64,000 bases of DNA from Candidatus Omnitrophota bacterium (GTDB lineage Bacteria > Omnitrophota > Gorgyraeia > Pluralincolimonadales > Pluralincolimonadaceae), in the NCBI GenBank assembly GCA_041651455.1, contig JBAZJG010000005.1, positions 3,882-67,881 of the forward strand, given 5' to 3'. The position numbers and the translations under genes were made by a program. Below, piece by piece: positions 18,603 to 28,382 of the stretch. Position 1 is the first letter of the stretch; the number at the start of each line of letters is the position of its first letter. Below the pieces are notes generated by a model. The model had not been told where the DNA came from and ran no database searches. It saw only the letters and a program-made list of their open reading frames with translations.

Positions 18603-20318
18603 ATGCAGAAGGCCTGGGAGGTAGATTCTCCGGATAAGAATTCCTGCGAAGCCCTCGCGAAAGAACTCAACGTTTCCCCGATTCTCGCCCACCTGCTGGC
18701 AAAAAGGGGAGTTAAGTCCGCCGAAGACGCTCGCGCTTTCCTCGAATGCGGCCTCGATTCACTGCACGACCCGTTCCTCTTCAAGGACATGCCGAAGGCC
18801 GTCTCCCGCATCAACTCCGCCATAGGCAAAAAGGAAAAGATAATAATCTTCGGCGACTACGATGTCGACGGGTTGACCGCCACGGCGCTACTTTATAATA
18901 CGCTTAGGTCATACGGCGCCGACGTCCATAACTACATCCCCGACCGTGTTAAAGAGGGCTATGGCTTGAATCTTTCCGCACTCGAAAAGGCGTGCGACGG
19001 AAAGATGAAACTCGCGATAGCCGTCGATTGCGGCATCACCTCGGCGGAAGAGATAGATTTCCTAAATAAGCACGGCATAGATTCCATAATAATAGACCAT
19101 CACGAACCGGTCGAAGGTAAAATTCCGCACGCGTACGGAATTTTAAACCCGCTGGTGCCGGGCTCAGGATATCCTTATAAGCACCTGGCCAGCGTGGGGC
19201 TGGTTTATAAGCTCTCACAGGCCATGTCCGGGGACTCAAAGCACGCAGGACGGCCCGTAGAAGAGGACCTCGACCTTGTCGCGCTCGGCACGATAGCCGA
19301 TGTCGCTCCGCTGACCGGCGAGAACAGGATCCTCGTAAAGCACGGCCTGAAATACCTTGCTAAGACGAAGAGGCCGGGGCTGCGCGCGCTCATGGAAGTC
19401 GCGGGCATCGGCAGGAAGAAGGAGTTCTATTCCGAGACGGTCGGTTTCATCCTCGGCCCCCGGATAAATGCCTCGGGAAGGATGAACTCTTCCTCGCATT
19501 CGCTGAAACTACTGCTTACCGAAGACAAGGAAGAAGCGATGAAGCTCGCGGAAGAACTCGACAAAAGCAACCGCGAACGGCAGAAGATGGAGGAGGTAAT
19601 ACTTAAGGAAGCCGTCTCGAAGGTCGAGCGCGAAGTCAACTTCAAGGAACATAAGGTAATAGTCCTGCACGGCGACACATGGCACCCCGGCGTTATAGGG
19701 ATAGTCGCATCGCGCATAGTCGAGAGGTTCTACCGTCCCACGATACTCGTCGCGTTCGACGGCGAAGGGGCCGGGCACGGCAAAGGTTCCGGGAGGTCGA
19801 TAAAGAGGTTCCATCTTTTTGACGCCATATCTAAATGCAAGGAACACCTCGTGGAATTTGGCGGGCACGAGCATGCGGCCGGCATAACTATAACGAAGGG
19901 CAACATGGATAATTTCCGCAACGCCTTGAACCTTGTCGCGCATGAGACGCTGCAACCGCTGGACCTCGTGCCGACGCTCGATATAGACGCCTGGATATCC
20001 CTAAAGGACATAACGCCGAAATTGATGAAGGAGCTTGCGCTGCTCGAGCCGTACGGCGTCGGCAACAGGAAGCCGGTCTTTGCGGTAAAGGGGCTGACCC
20101 TGAAGGCCCCGCCGAAGGTCCTCGGCTCGAATACGCTGAAGATATGGGTAACGGACGGGCAGATGACTTATGAGGCGGTGGGTTTCAGGAAAGCCCTGGA
20201 TTATAAACTCGATTCCGCCTCATTGAATTTCGATCTGGCTTTCACGCCATCGGTCAACGTATGGCAGGGGCAGGAGATGGTGCAGTTGCAGCTTAAGGAC
20301 CTGAAAGTAAAGCTTTAG
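18603..20318 (+). CDS. recJ: Single-stranded-DNA-specific exonuclease RecJ
   Basis: The DHH motifs FGDYDVDGLTA, VDCG and IIIDHH and the DHHA1 motif FGGHEHAAG are present. Confidence 0.9.
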   Translation: MQKAWEVDSPDKNSCEALAKELNVSPILAHLLAKRGVKSAEDARAFLECGLDSLHDPFLFKDMPKAVSRINSAIGKKEKIIIFGDYDVDGLTATALLYNTLRSYGADVHNYIPDRVKEGYGLNLSALEKACDGKMKLAIAVDCGITSAEEIDFLNKHGIDSIIIDHHEPVEGKIPHAYGILNPLVPGSGYPYKHLASVGLVYKLSQAMSGDSKHAGRPVEEDLDLVALGTIADVAPLTGENRILVKHGLKYLAKTKRPGLRALMEVAGIGRKKEFYSETVGFILGPRINASGRMNSSSHSLKLLLTEDKEEAMKLAEELDKSNRERQKMEEVILKEAVSKVEREVNFKEHKVIVLHGDTWHPGVIGIVASRIVERFYRPTILVAFDGEGAGHGKGSGRSIKRFHLFDAISKCKEHLVEFGGHEHAAGITITKGNMDNFRNALNLVAHETLQPLDLVPTLDIDAWISLKDITPKLMKELALLEPYGVGNRKPVFAVKGLTLKAPPKVLGSNTLKIWVTDGQMTYEAVGFRKALDYKLDSASLNFDLAFTPSVNVWQGQEMVQLQLKDLKVKL

Positions 20319-20319
20319 T

Positions 20320-20547
20320 CTATGCTTTTACTATCTTACCGGACCTGATGCAGGCGGTACAGACCTTGATCGTCTTTATAACGCCTTTCATGTTGACCTT
20401 GACCTTCTGCAGGTTGGGGGTAAAGCGCCTTATGCTCCTGCCGGTTATCTTGCGCCCGACACCGCCGTCCTTCTTGGCCATACCGCGGCGCTTGATCTTC
20501 ATGCCGGCCATCTTGCCTTTTCCGCATATATCGCATACTTTTGACAT
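20320..20547 (-). CDS. rpmB: 50S ribosomal protein L28
   Basis: The product is MSKVCDICGKGKMAGMKIKRRGMAKKDGGVGRKITGRS.RRF.PNLQKVKV... An AGGAGG RBS (reverse complement at 20553-20558) precedes it. It converges with recJ across a 1-nt gap. Confidence 0.95.
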   Translation of the reverse strand: MSKVCDICGKGKMAGMKIKRRGMAKKDGGVGRKITGRSIRRFTPNLQKVKVNMKGVIKTIKVCTACIRSGKIVKA

Positions 20548-20569
20548 TACTTCCTCCTTAATGTATTAT
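20541..20569 (+). promoter_or_regulatory. Candidate recG promoter overlapping the rpmB translation start
   Basis: TTGACA (20541-20546), a 17-nt spacer, then TATTAT (20564-20569). The predicted TSS near 20576 leaves only a 4-nt (ATG 20580) or 16-nt (ATG 20592) leader with no SD. Confidence 0.35.
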
Positions 20570-20579
20570 TGAGTGTATA

Positions 20580-20608
20580 ATGATAGCATATATGGATAAA
20601 AACATCAA
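20580..20608 (-). promoter_or_regulatory. Candidate rpmB promoter lying inside the recG 5' end
   Basis: On the minus strand: TTGATG (20608-20603), a 17-nt spacer, then TATCAT (20585-20580). The predicted TSS near 20573 gives a roughly 26-nt leader carrying the AGGAGG RBS. Confidence 0.4.
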
Positions 20609-22688
20609 CAGTAAAAAGCAGCCCTTATGCGATATTCCCGTCCGTTTCGTCAAGGGCGTAGGCCCGGCGAGGGCCGAGATACTGAAAAAGCTCGATATCG
20701 TGACTGTCGAGGACCTGCTTTACCATTTCCCGCGAAGGTATGAGGACCGCAGCCGCTTCAATCCGATCAACAAGCTCAAGGAGGGCGAGTACGCCGCCAT
20801 CAGGGGCGAGGTGCTGACGTCGGGCACGCGCAGCGGCAGGCCCCGTTTCGGCCGGGGCAAGGGCATGTCTTTATATAAGATGGCGTTCGGCGACGACACC
20901 GGCATTATCTATGCCGTCTGGTTCAACCAGCCCTATATGCAGGATGTCTTCAAGCAGGGGGATAAGGTCATATTGTACGGCAAAGTCGAGAGGTACAAGG
21001 ACCTCCAGATGTCAAACCCCGAATTCGAGATAATTAACGACGAGGACAAAGAAACGATCCATACAGGTAGGATAGTCCCCATATACCCGCTGACCGAAGG
21101 GGTCAGCCAGAGGGGCATGCGCGGCATAATCAAAAATATGCTCGACAGGTATCTTGGAGACGCGGAGGAGTTCCTGCCAGAAGAGGTCAGGCAGAGGAAT
21201 AACCTGCCAGCGCTGGAGCGGGCCCTTTCCAATATGCATTTCCCCGAGAGCGAGGAGCTGCGCAGGGCCGCGTACGAGAGGGTCGTCTTCGACGAATTCT
21301 TCGTGTTGCAGGTCGCGCTTGCGCAGAGGCGGCAGAAGATAAAAGGGCTCGGCACCGGCGTCGCGCATAAGACGGGCGGTGAGCTGATGGAGTCGTTCAG
21401 GGCCATGCTGCCATTCAAGCTTACCGGTGCGCAGGAGCGGGCCGTAGAAGATATCGAAAAGGACATGGCGAGCGATAAGCCGATGAACCGCCTGCTTGAG
21501 GGCGATGTCGGGTCGGGAAAGACCATAGTTGCCGCCCACGCGCTCGTGCTTACGGTATCGAACGGCTACCAGGGCGCGTTGATGGCGCCGACGCAGATAC
21601 TCGCGCAGCAGCACTTTACCGGCCTTAACAGGCTCCTGAGCCCTCTAGGGATAAATGTGATGCTGCTTCGGGATGAGGCCCGGGAGGAGGCCCTGCGGAT
21701 GATAGAGGAGGGCCGCGCGAATATTGTTGTCGGCACGCACGCGCTCATACAGGAAGGTGTCAGGTTCAAGCGCCTCGGGCTTGCCGTTGTGGACGAGCAG
21801 CATAAGTTCGGCGTCGACCAGAGGGCGCAGCTGAAGCAGAAGGGCATCAATCCCGACATGCTGTTCATGACCGCCACGCCTATACCGCGGACGCTTGCGA
21901 TGACGCTCTACGGCGACCTCGACCTTTCGGTGCTGGATGAGCTGCCGAAAGGCAGGATACCGTCTAAGTCATTCCTTGTCGGGGAGGACAAGCGCGAAGG
22001 CGTATACAAGTTCATAGCGCAGGAGGCCGCCGCCGGCAGCCAGGTATTCATAATATGCCCGCTTATCAAGAAAAAGGATGGCGAGCTGAAAGCGGCTACC
22101 GAGATGTACGACAGGTTCAGGAAAGGGGTCTTCCCGGGGCTCAATGTCGGGCTCATCCACGGGAAGCTCGATAACGACGAGAAAGAGCGCGTGATGCGGG
22201 ATTTCGGGGCAGGGAAGGTGCAGATACTCGTCTCGACCACGGTGGTCGAGGTCGGCATCGATAACCCGAACGTCTCTGTAATGCTTATAGAGAACCCCGA
22301 AAGGTTCGGGCTTAGCCAGCTGCACCAGCTGCGCGGCAGGATCGGAAGGGGCAACCAGCGCTCGTACTGCATAATGATCTCGGATACGGGTTCCGAAACG
22401 GCGCGCAAGCGCATAAAAGCCCTTGTCAGCAACACGAGCGGGTTCAGTATCGCCGAAGAGGACCTGCAGCTGCGCGGCCCGGGGCAGTTCTTCGGGACCA
22501 GGCAGCACGGCCTCCCGGAACTGCGCTACGCAAACCTGCTTGCCAACGTCAGGCAGCTCGAAGCGGCGCGCAGGGAAGCGTTCGGGCTGGTCGGCGCCGA
22601 CGCGGAACTCGCGAAACCCCGGAACAGGCACCTAAAAGAGACCGTCAGGAGGAAGTTCCCCGATGAGGATAACAAGCGGGACTCATAA
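20580..22688 (+). CDS. recG: ATP-dependent DNA helicase RecG
   Basis: The wedge-domain region is followed by helicase motifs GDVGSGKT, VDEQHKFG, TATPIPRT and QLRGRIGRG. The start may be ATG 20592 instead. Confidence 0.9.
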   Translation: MIAYMDKNINSKKQPLCDIPVRFVKGVGPARAEILKKLDIVTVEDLLYHFPRRYEDRSRFNPINKLKEGEYAAIRGEVLTSGTRSGRPRFGRGKGMSLYKMAFGDDTGIIYAVWFNQPYMQDVFKQGDKVILYGKVERYKDLQMSNPEFEIINDEDKETIHTGRIVPIYPLTEGVSQRGMRGIIKNMLDRYLGDAEEFLPEEVRQRNNLPALERALSNMHFPESEELRRAAYERVVFDEFFVLQVALAQRRQKIKGLGTGVAHKTGGELMESFRAMLPFKLTGAQERAVEDIEKDMASDKPMNRLLEGDVGSGKTIVAAHALVLTVSNGYQGALMAPTQILAQQHFTGLNRLLSPLGINVMLLRDEAREEALRMIEEGRANIVVGTHALIQEGVRFKRLGLAVVDEQHKFGVDQRAQLKQKGINPDMLFMTATPIPRTLAMTLYGDLDLSVLDELPKGRIPSKSFLVGEDKREGVYKFIAQEAAAGSQVFIICPLIKKKDGELKAATEMYDRFRKGVFPGLNVGLIHGKLDNDEKERVMRDFGAGKVQILVSTTVVEVGIDNPNVSVMLIENPERFGLSQLHQLRGRIGRGNQRSYCIMISDTGSETARKRIKALVSNTSGFSIAEEDLQLRGPGQFFGTRQHGLPELRYANLLANVRQLEAARREAFGLVGADAELAKPRNRHLKETVRRKFPDEDNKRDS

Positions 22689-23229
22689 AAGCAGGATAAT
22701 CAAGGCCCCGGACAGCATAAGGCCCACGCTCGATAACGTCCGGAAAGCCATATTTGACATACTCGGCGAGGGCGTAAAGGGCTCCAGGGTGCTAGACCTT
22801 TTCGCCGGCTCGGGCGCGCTGGGTATTGAAGCCCTCAGCAGGGGGGCGGCCTCATGCACGTTCGTCGACAACAGCCGCGCCTCCATAAAGGCCATAAAGG
22901 CGAACCTTGAGGGTTTGGGGCTCAGCGCCGCCGGGCGCGGGCCGTCGGAAAGCTCCGTCATATACGCCGATTCCGAGGCCGCCATTGGCAGGCTCGCGGA
23001 AGACGGAGCCGCATTCGACATAATACTGATGGACCCCCCCTATTATAAGGAATTAGCCAAAAAAACCTTGTCTTTGCTGGGCAATTGTGATATATTATCC
23101 GGGACTGGCGTAGCGGTTATAGAGCAGTCTAAGCACGATGGCCCACTACCGCCTGTATGCGGGGGCCTAAAGCTCTTGCGTACCGCCAGGTACGGTGATA
23201 CGCTGGTTTCATTTTATCGCAAGGATTAA
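22663..23229 (+). CDS. rsmD: 16S rRNA (guanine966-N2)-methyltransferase RsmD
   Basis: MRITSG..KSRIIKAP, the SAM motif VLDLFAGSGALGIEALSRGA and the MDPPY motif are present. Confidence 0.85.
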   Translation: MRITSGTHKSRIIKAPDSIRPTLDNVRKAIFDILGEGVKGSRVLDLFAGSGALGIEALSRGAASCTFVDNSRASIKAIKANLEGLGLSAAGRGPSESSVIYADSEAAIGRLAEDGAAFDIILMDPPYYKELAKKTLSLLGNCDILSGTGVAVIEQSKHDGPLPPVCGGLKLLRTARYGDTLVSFYRKD

Positions 23230-23237
23230 CGCAAATC

Positions 23238-23717
23238 ATGAAGAATAAGGCAGTCTATCCGGGGACTTTTGACCCTGTAACATTCGGCCATATCGACCTG
23301 ATAAAAAGGGCCCTGAAGATCTTTGATACCGTCATAATAGCCGTTGCGCACAATGCGGACAAGGGGCCGCTATTCGGCGTTGAGGAGCGCATCGCGATGC
23401 TGAGACAGGCGACCGGGGGCATGAAGGGCGTCGTCATAGAGAGCTTTGACGGGCTCGCGGTGGATTACGTCAGGAAGAAGGGTTCCGTCGTCATGGTCCG
23501 CGGCCTAAGGATGCTCTCTGACTTCGAATACGAGTTCCAGATGGCGCTGACGAACAGGAAGCTCGGACAGGATATAGAGACGATATTCATGATGCCTTCG
23601 GAATCCTACTCATACCTTTCATCAAAACTCATCAAGGAGGCGTTCGCGCTCGGCGCAGACGTAAAGGACTTTGTCCCGCCGTTCGTCGCCAAGGCGCTCG
23701 CGAAAAAACTAAGATGA
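23238..23717 (+). CDS. coaD: Phosphopantetheine adenylyltransferase
   Basis: The N-terminus is AVYPGTFDPVTFGHIDLI, and the ..SSKLIKE.. C-terminal motif is present. Confidence 0.9.
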   Translation: MKNKAVYPGTFDPVTFGHIDLIKRALKIFDTVIIAVAHNADKGPLFGVEERIAMLRQATGGMKGVVIESFDGLAVDYVRKKGSVVMVRGLRMLSDFEYEFQMALTNRKLGQDIETIFMMPSESYSYLSSKLIKEAFALGADVKDFVPPFVAKALAKKLR

Positions 23718-24160
23718 AGATAAAGATAAACGACATACCGAAGGACGGCATCACGCTGGAAGAGAGACAGGACGCCGCGGCGCTTGACCTCGCGCGCGAC
23801 GACCTCAAGTTCGTGACCCCCGTGGCCCTCTCGGCGTTCCTGACGCGCGATAAGGACGACGTGTACGCGCACGTGAAGGCGAGCGGGCGCATAGAGGCGG
23901 TATGCGGCAGGTGCCTTGCGGCATATACGATAGATTTCGACAAGGAATTCGATTTCAGCTACGATGTGAAGGGCAAGAACATCCTCGACTTGACGGACGA
24001 CATAAGGGCGGAGATAATATTGGAGTATCCGATCAAGCCGCTTTGCAGGGAGAACTGCAAGGGGTTGTGCCAGGTATGCGGCAAGAGCCTCAACGAGGGC
24101 GATTGCGGGCACACACCTGACGCGCAAAAATGGAACGAAGCGAAAAAGAACGGTAATTAA
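23714..24160 (+). CDS. yceD: YceD/DUF177 family protein (large-subunit rRNA accumulation protein)
   Basis: ATGA overlap with coaD. The gene sits immediately upstream of rpmF as in many bacteria. The Cys pairs CGRC and CQVCGKSLNEGDCGH are present. Confidence 0.75.
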   Translation: MKIKINDIPKDGITLEERQDAAALDLARDDLKFVTPVALSAFLTRDKDDVYAHVKASGRIEAVCGRCLAAYTIDFDKEFDFSYDVKGKNILDLTDDIRAEIILEYPIKPLCRENCKGLCQVCGKSLNEGDCGHTPDAQKWNEAKKNGN

Positions 24161-24181
24161 GGAAAGAAGGAGAAGAGATAA

Positions 24182-24379
24182 ATGGCACTGCCAAAGAGAA
24201 AACATTCGAAAGCAAGGCGCGACAAATCCCGCACACACCAGGTACTGTCGGCACCCCAGGTGACGAAGTGCCCGCAATGTTTCGCGTTCGTAAAGACGCA
24301 TTGCGCGTGCCCGAGCTGCGGATATTATAAGGGGCGCAAGGTCCTTGACGTCAAGGTCAAGGAAGAGAAGAAGAAATGA
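24182..24379 (+). CDS. rpmF: 50S ribosomal protein L32
   Basis: MALPKRKHSKARRDKSRTH with the CPQC...CPSCG zinc ribbon. Confidence 0.95.
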   Translation: MALPKRKHSKARRDKSRTHQVLSAPQVTKCPQCFAFVKTHCACPSCGYYKGRKVLDVKVKEEKKK

Positions 24380-25368
24380 GGATAGCCGTAGATGGGATGG
24401 GGGGCGACTACGCGCCTAAGGTAGTCGTCGAAGGCGCCGTAATGGCCGCATCCGAATACGGACATGAGGTAATAATAGTCGGCGACAAGCCGAGGATAGA
24501 CGCGGAACTCGGCAGGATCGGCCCGGTCCCGCAGAGCATCAGCGTCGTGCACGCCTCGGAAGTCATCGATATGCACGAGCCCGGCGCCACGAGCGCTCGC
24601 GCGAAGAAGGACTCCTCGATATGCGTCGCGACGGAGCTTGTGAAGGAAGGCAAGGCCGACGCGGTCGTATCGGCCGGCAATACGGCCGCTTTCGTAAGCG
24701 CGGCGATGCTGTCGCTGCGCAGGCTCCCGGGGGTCGAACGCCCCGGCATCGCGATACCGCTGCCCTCGATCAAGGGGCCGGTAGTGCTGATAGACGTCGG
24801 AGCGACGATAAACCCCGAGCCGGAGCACCTCCTGGGCTTCGCCGTAATGGGCGGCGTATATGCCCGCCATATATTGCGGATGGAAGATCCCTCGATAGGC
24901 CTGTTGAATATCGGCGAGGAGTCATCGAAGGGCCCAGATTACCTTAAGCAGGCGCACCAGTTGCTGGAATCGAGCAACCTGAATTTCAAAGGCAACGCAG
25001 AGGGCAAGGATATATTCGCCGGACATTTCGACGTCGTGGTATGCGACGGTTATACGGGCAACGTGGTGCTGAAGGTATCCGAATCCATTGCGACCACGAT
25101 CTCCTCGTTCATAAAGGACCAGATAAAGAAAGATCCGCTGAGGATAATCGGCGGGCTGCTTACAAAGCCGGCGTTCGAGGCCGTCAAGAAGCAGATAGAC
25201 TATGCCGAATACGGCGGCGCCCCGCTGCTCGGCGTCAACGGCATATGCATAATCAGCCACGGCCGCTCTTCGGCTAAGGCAGTCAAGAACGCGATCAGGG
25301 TCGCGGGCGAGTTCGTAGAGCACAAGGTGAACAACCATATCCTCGAAGCGGTAAAGACCCTCAAATGA
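24376..25368 (+). CDS. plsX: Phosphate acyltransferase PlsX
   Basis: ATGA overlap with rpmF. MRIAVDGMGGDYAP, SAGNTAA and GAPLLGVNG.ISHG.S are present. Confidence 0.9.
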   Translation: MRIAVDGMGGDYAPKVVVEGAVMAASEYGHEVIIVGDKPRIDAELGRIGPVPQSISVVHASEVIDMHEPGATSARAKKDSSICVATELVKEGKADAVVSAGNTAAFVSAAMLSLRRLPGVERPGIAIPLPSIKGPVVLIDVGATINPEPEHLLGFAVMGGVYARHILRMEDPSIGLLNIGEESSKGPDYLKQAHQLLESSNLNFKGNAEGKDIFAGHFDVVVCDGYTGNVVLKVSESIATTISSFIKDQIKKDPLRIIGGLLTKPAFEAVKKQIDYAEYGGAPLLGVNGICIISHGRSSAKAVKNAIRVAGEFVEHKVNNHILEAVKTLK

Positions 25369-26381
25369 CGCCAAAACCCAAAACTATAAAGAAAAACCCG
25401 AAGAAGGCGAAAGCCGGCATAATAGGCCTCGGCGCGTACCTTCCGAGCAAGGTCATGACGAACCTCGACCTCGAGAAGCTCGTCGAGACCTCGGACGAAT
25501 GGATACGCACAAGGACCGGCATCTCCGAACGCAGGATAGCCTGCAAGGAAGAGACCACCTCGGACCTTGCGGCATATGCAGCTACGGCGGCTATAAAAGA
25601 CGCGAAGCTCGACCCGAAGGACATAGAGCTAATAATACTCGCTACGATAACCCCGGATATGCCTTTCCCGGCAACGAGCTGTTTTGTGCAGGCGAAGATC
25701 GGCGCGGTGAACGCGGCATGCTTCGATATCAACGCCGCATGTTCCGGTTTTATACATGAACTTACGATAGCGCAGCAGTTCATAGAGAGCGGGATGTATA
25801 AGAATATACTCGTGATAGGGGTGGAACTGCTCTCCCGTTTTGTCGACTGGAAAGACCGTTCGACCTGCGTGCTCTTCGGCGACGGCGCCGGCGCGGCCGT
25901 AATTGCGCCGGTCAAGAAGGGCGGGCTGCTGTCCTCATATATCGGCGCAGACGGGACGAAGAGCAACCTGCTGATGTTCCCGGCCGGCGGTTCCGTGAAT
26001 CCCGCGTCGCACGAGACGGTGACGCAGGGGCTGCATTTCCTGAAGATGGAGGGCAATGAGGTCTTCAAGAACGCCGTACGCGTCATGACGACGGCGGCGG
26101 GCAAGGCAGTAGAGAAGGCGGGGCTTACGATAAAAGATATCGATTGCGTCATACCGCACCAGGCAAATATAAGGATAATCGAAGCGGTCATCGCCCGCGT
26201 CGGTATCCCGCTCGAGAAGGTATTTGTGAACGTTGAAAAATACGGCAACATGTCTGCCGCCTCGGCGATCGTCGCGCTGTTCGAAGCCGTTGAGGCGGGG
26301 CGCGTGAAGAAGGGCGACAAGGTCCTTCTCGTCGCGTTCGGGAGCGGTTTTGTCTGGGGGTCGTGCGTAATAGAATGGTAG
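25365..26381 (+). CDS. fabH: Beta-ketoacyl-ACP synthase III
   Basis: ATGA overlap with plsX. The catalytic triad contexts are NAACSGF (Cys), IPHQANIRI (His) and GNMSAAS (Asn). Confidence 0.9.
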   Translation: MTPKPKTIKKNPKKAKAGIIGLGAYLPSKVMTNLDLEKLVETSDEWIRTRTGISERRIACKEETTSDLAAYAATAAIKDAKLDPKDIELIILATITPDMPFPATSCFVQAKIGAVNAACFDINAACSGFIHELTIAQQFIESGMYKNILVIGVELLSRFVDWKDRSTCVLFGDGAGAAVIAPVKKGGLLSSYIGADGTKSNLLMFPAGGSVNPASHETVTQGLHFLKMEGNEVFKNAVRVMTTAAGKAVEKAGLTIKDIDCVIPHQANIRIIEAVIARVGIPLEKVFVNVEKYGNMSAASAIVALFEAVEAGRVKKGDKVLLVAFGSGFVWGSCVIEW

Positions 26382-27310
26382 ATACCGCTATAATATTCCC
26401 CGGCCAGGGGGCCCAGTATGTAGGCATGGGCAAGGAGCTTTACGGGCAGTTTCCCGCCTCGAAGGTAATATTCGAAAAAGCCAACCAGATCCTCAGTTTC
26501 GATATCGCCAAACTCTGTTTCGAAGGGCCCAAGGAAGAACTTACGAGGACCGATATCTGCCAGCCGGCGATCCTTACCGTCTCGATAGCCGCGCTGAGGG
26601 CGCTTGAATCCGCGCTGCCGGTCCAGTTGGCGCCGAAAGCGGTTCTGGGCCTTAGCCTCGGAGAATATACCGCGCTTGTTGCGGCGGGATCGATCGCTTT
26701 CGACGACGCGGTCACGCTCGTAAGGAAACGCGGGCAGTTCATGGAGGAGGCCTCGCGCGAGAACCCCGGCACTATGGCATCGGTCATAGGTTTCCCGCTC
26801 GAAGAGACGAAGAAGGCCTGCGCCGAGACGGGCGCCCAGATAGCGAACCTGAACTCACCCGGTCAGATAGTGATATCCGGTACCAAGGAGAAAGTAGAAG
26901 CGGCCTCTAACCTGGCCAGGGAGAGGGGCGCGAGGAAAGTTATACCGCTCGATGTAAGCGGTGCTTTCCACTCGGACCTCATGGAGCCTGCCGCACGCAG
27001 GCTGAAGGCCGAGGTGGATAATATTGATATAAAGGAACCGAAGATAAAAGTGGTAACGAACGTCAACGCGGGCTATGAATCCTCTCCGGACGAGATCAAG
27101 GCGAACCTTGTGACGCAGGTGAAGTCGTCCGTGCTCTGGGAGGACTCGATAAAGCTCCTCGCGCATGAAGGGATAAAGAGGTATATTGAAGTGGGGCCGG
27201 GAAAGGTGCTCGCAGGGCTGTTACGCAGGATCGACCCGGGGCTCGAGTGCCTTAACGTGGAGACCGCCTCCGACGTTTCAGCCGTAAAAGAAGCGTTGGC
27301 GCAGGGGTAG
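26375..27310 (+). CDS. fabD: ACP S-malonyltransferase
   Basis: MVDTAIIFPGQGAQYVGMG is the N-terminus and GLSLGEYTAL carries the active-site Ser. ATG 26375 is preferred over the GTG at 26363, but the start remains uncertain. Confidence 0.85.
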   Translation: MVDTAIIFPGQGAQYVGMGKELYGQFPASKVIFEKANQILSFDIAKLCFEGPKEELTRTDICQPAILTVSIAALRALESALPVQLAPKAVLGLSLGEYTALVAAGSIAFDDAVTLVRKRGQFMEEASRENPGTMASVIGFPLEETKKACAETGAQIANLNSPGQIVISGTKEKVEAASNLARERGARKVIPLDVSGAFHSDLMEPAARRLKAEVDNIDIKEPKIKVVTNVNAGYESSPDEIKANLVTQVKSSVLWEDSIKLLAHEGIKRYIEVGPGKVLAGLLRRIDPGLECLNVETASDVSAVKEALAQG

Positions 27311-27323
27311 AGAGGAGAAACGC

Positions 27324-28064
27324 ATGATATTCAAGGACAGGGTGTGCCTCGTGACAGGTGGAGCAAGGGGAATAGGCAGGGAGATAGCGCTTGCGTTCGC
27401 AAAACAGGGCTCGGATATAGCGCTTTGCGACGTGAACCAGGAAGCTCTCGACGTCACGAGCAAGGAGATAGAGGCCCTCGGGCGCAAAGCGGCGACATTC
27501 GTCGTCGACGTGACGAACCTGTCGCAGGTCGAGGATATGGTCAATAAGACGCTTGACAAATTCCAGAAAATCGATATACTGATTAACAACGCAGGCATTA
27601 CCAGAGACGCCTTGATAGTCCGTATGAGCGAGCAGGAGTTCGACTCCGTTATCGCCGTAAACCTAAAGGGGACATTCAATTGCACCAAGGCGTGCTCAAA
27701 GGTAATGATGAAGCAGAGATACGGGAAGATCGTGTCTATAGCTTCGATCATAGGGATAATGGGTAATGCCGGACAAGCCAATTACGCGGCTTCGAAGGCG
27801 GGCATAATAGGGATAACGAAGAGCGTCGCCAAGGAACTGGCGTCAAGGAACGTGAACGTGAACGCGATCGCTCCGGGCTTCATAGAGACCGATATGACGG
27901 CCAAACTTCCCGAGAACGTAAAGGCCCAAATGTTGTCGCTTATCCCTTTGAGCAGGTTCGGAAAAGCCAGCGACGTAGCTGAACTTGCGATGTTCCTGGC
28001 GTCGGAAGCGTCGTCATATATAACCGGACAGGTAATAAAGATCGACGGCGGGATGGTCATGTAG
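27324..28064 (+). CDS. fabG: 3-oxoacyl-ACP reductase FabG
   Basis: The SDR motifs [13 protein letters not shown] and YAASKAG are present. Confidence 0.9.
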   Translation: MIFKDRVCLVTGGARGIGREIALAFAKQGSDIALCDVNQEALDVTSKEIEALGRKAATFVVDVTNLSQVEDMVNKTLDKFQKIDILINNAGITRDALIVRMSEQEFDSVIAVNLKGTFNCTKACSKVMMKQRYGKIVSIASIIGIMGNAGQANYAASKAGIIGITKSVAKELASRNVNVNAIAPGFIETDMTAKLPENVKAQMLSLIPLSRFGKASDVAELAMFLASEASSYITGQVIKIDGGMVM

Positions 28065-28086
28065 TCAACCCAACAAGGAGGAGTAC

Positions 28087-28332
28087 ATGTCAGCTGTAGC
28101 AGATAAAGTCAGGGAGATCATAGCAAAGCAGTTAGGCGTAAAACTCGAAGAAGTCACACCCCAGGCGACGTTCATAGACGACCTCGGCGCAGATTCGCTT
28201 GATACGGTCGAGATAGTCATGGCTTTGGAAGAGGAGTTCAAGGCCGAGATACCGGATGAAGATGCCGAAAAGATGAAGACGGTCGGCGAAGCCATCAAAT
28301 ACATCGAAGAAAAATCGGGCGGTAAGGCCTAG
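28087..28332 (+). CDS. acpP: Acyl carrier protein
   Basis: [19 protein letters not shown] contains the phosphopantetheine-attachment Ser. Confidence 0.95.
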   Translation: MSAVADKVREIIAKQLGVKLEEVTPQATFIDDLGADSLDTVEIVMALEEEFKAEIPDEDAEKMKTVGEAIKYIEEKSGGKA

Positions 28333-28342
28333 CCCAGGGGGC

Positions 28343-28382
28343 AGGCCTACCTAATCCACTAAAGGTAGGGCCTATATTTTTT
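28343..28382 (+). terminator. Intrinsic terminator or attenuator between acpP and fabF
   Basis: The stem AGGCCTACCT / AGGTAG(G)GCCT (10 bp, one bulged G, 10-nt loop) is followed by ATATTTTTT. The T-tract abuts the fabF ATG at 28383, which has no visible SD. Confidence 0.55.
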
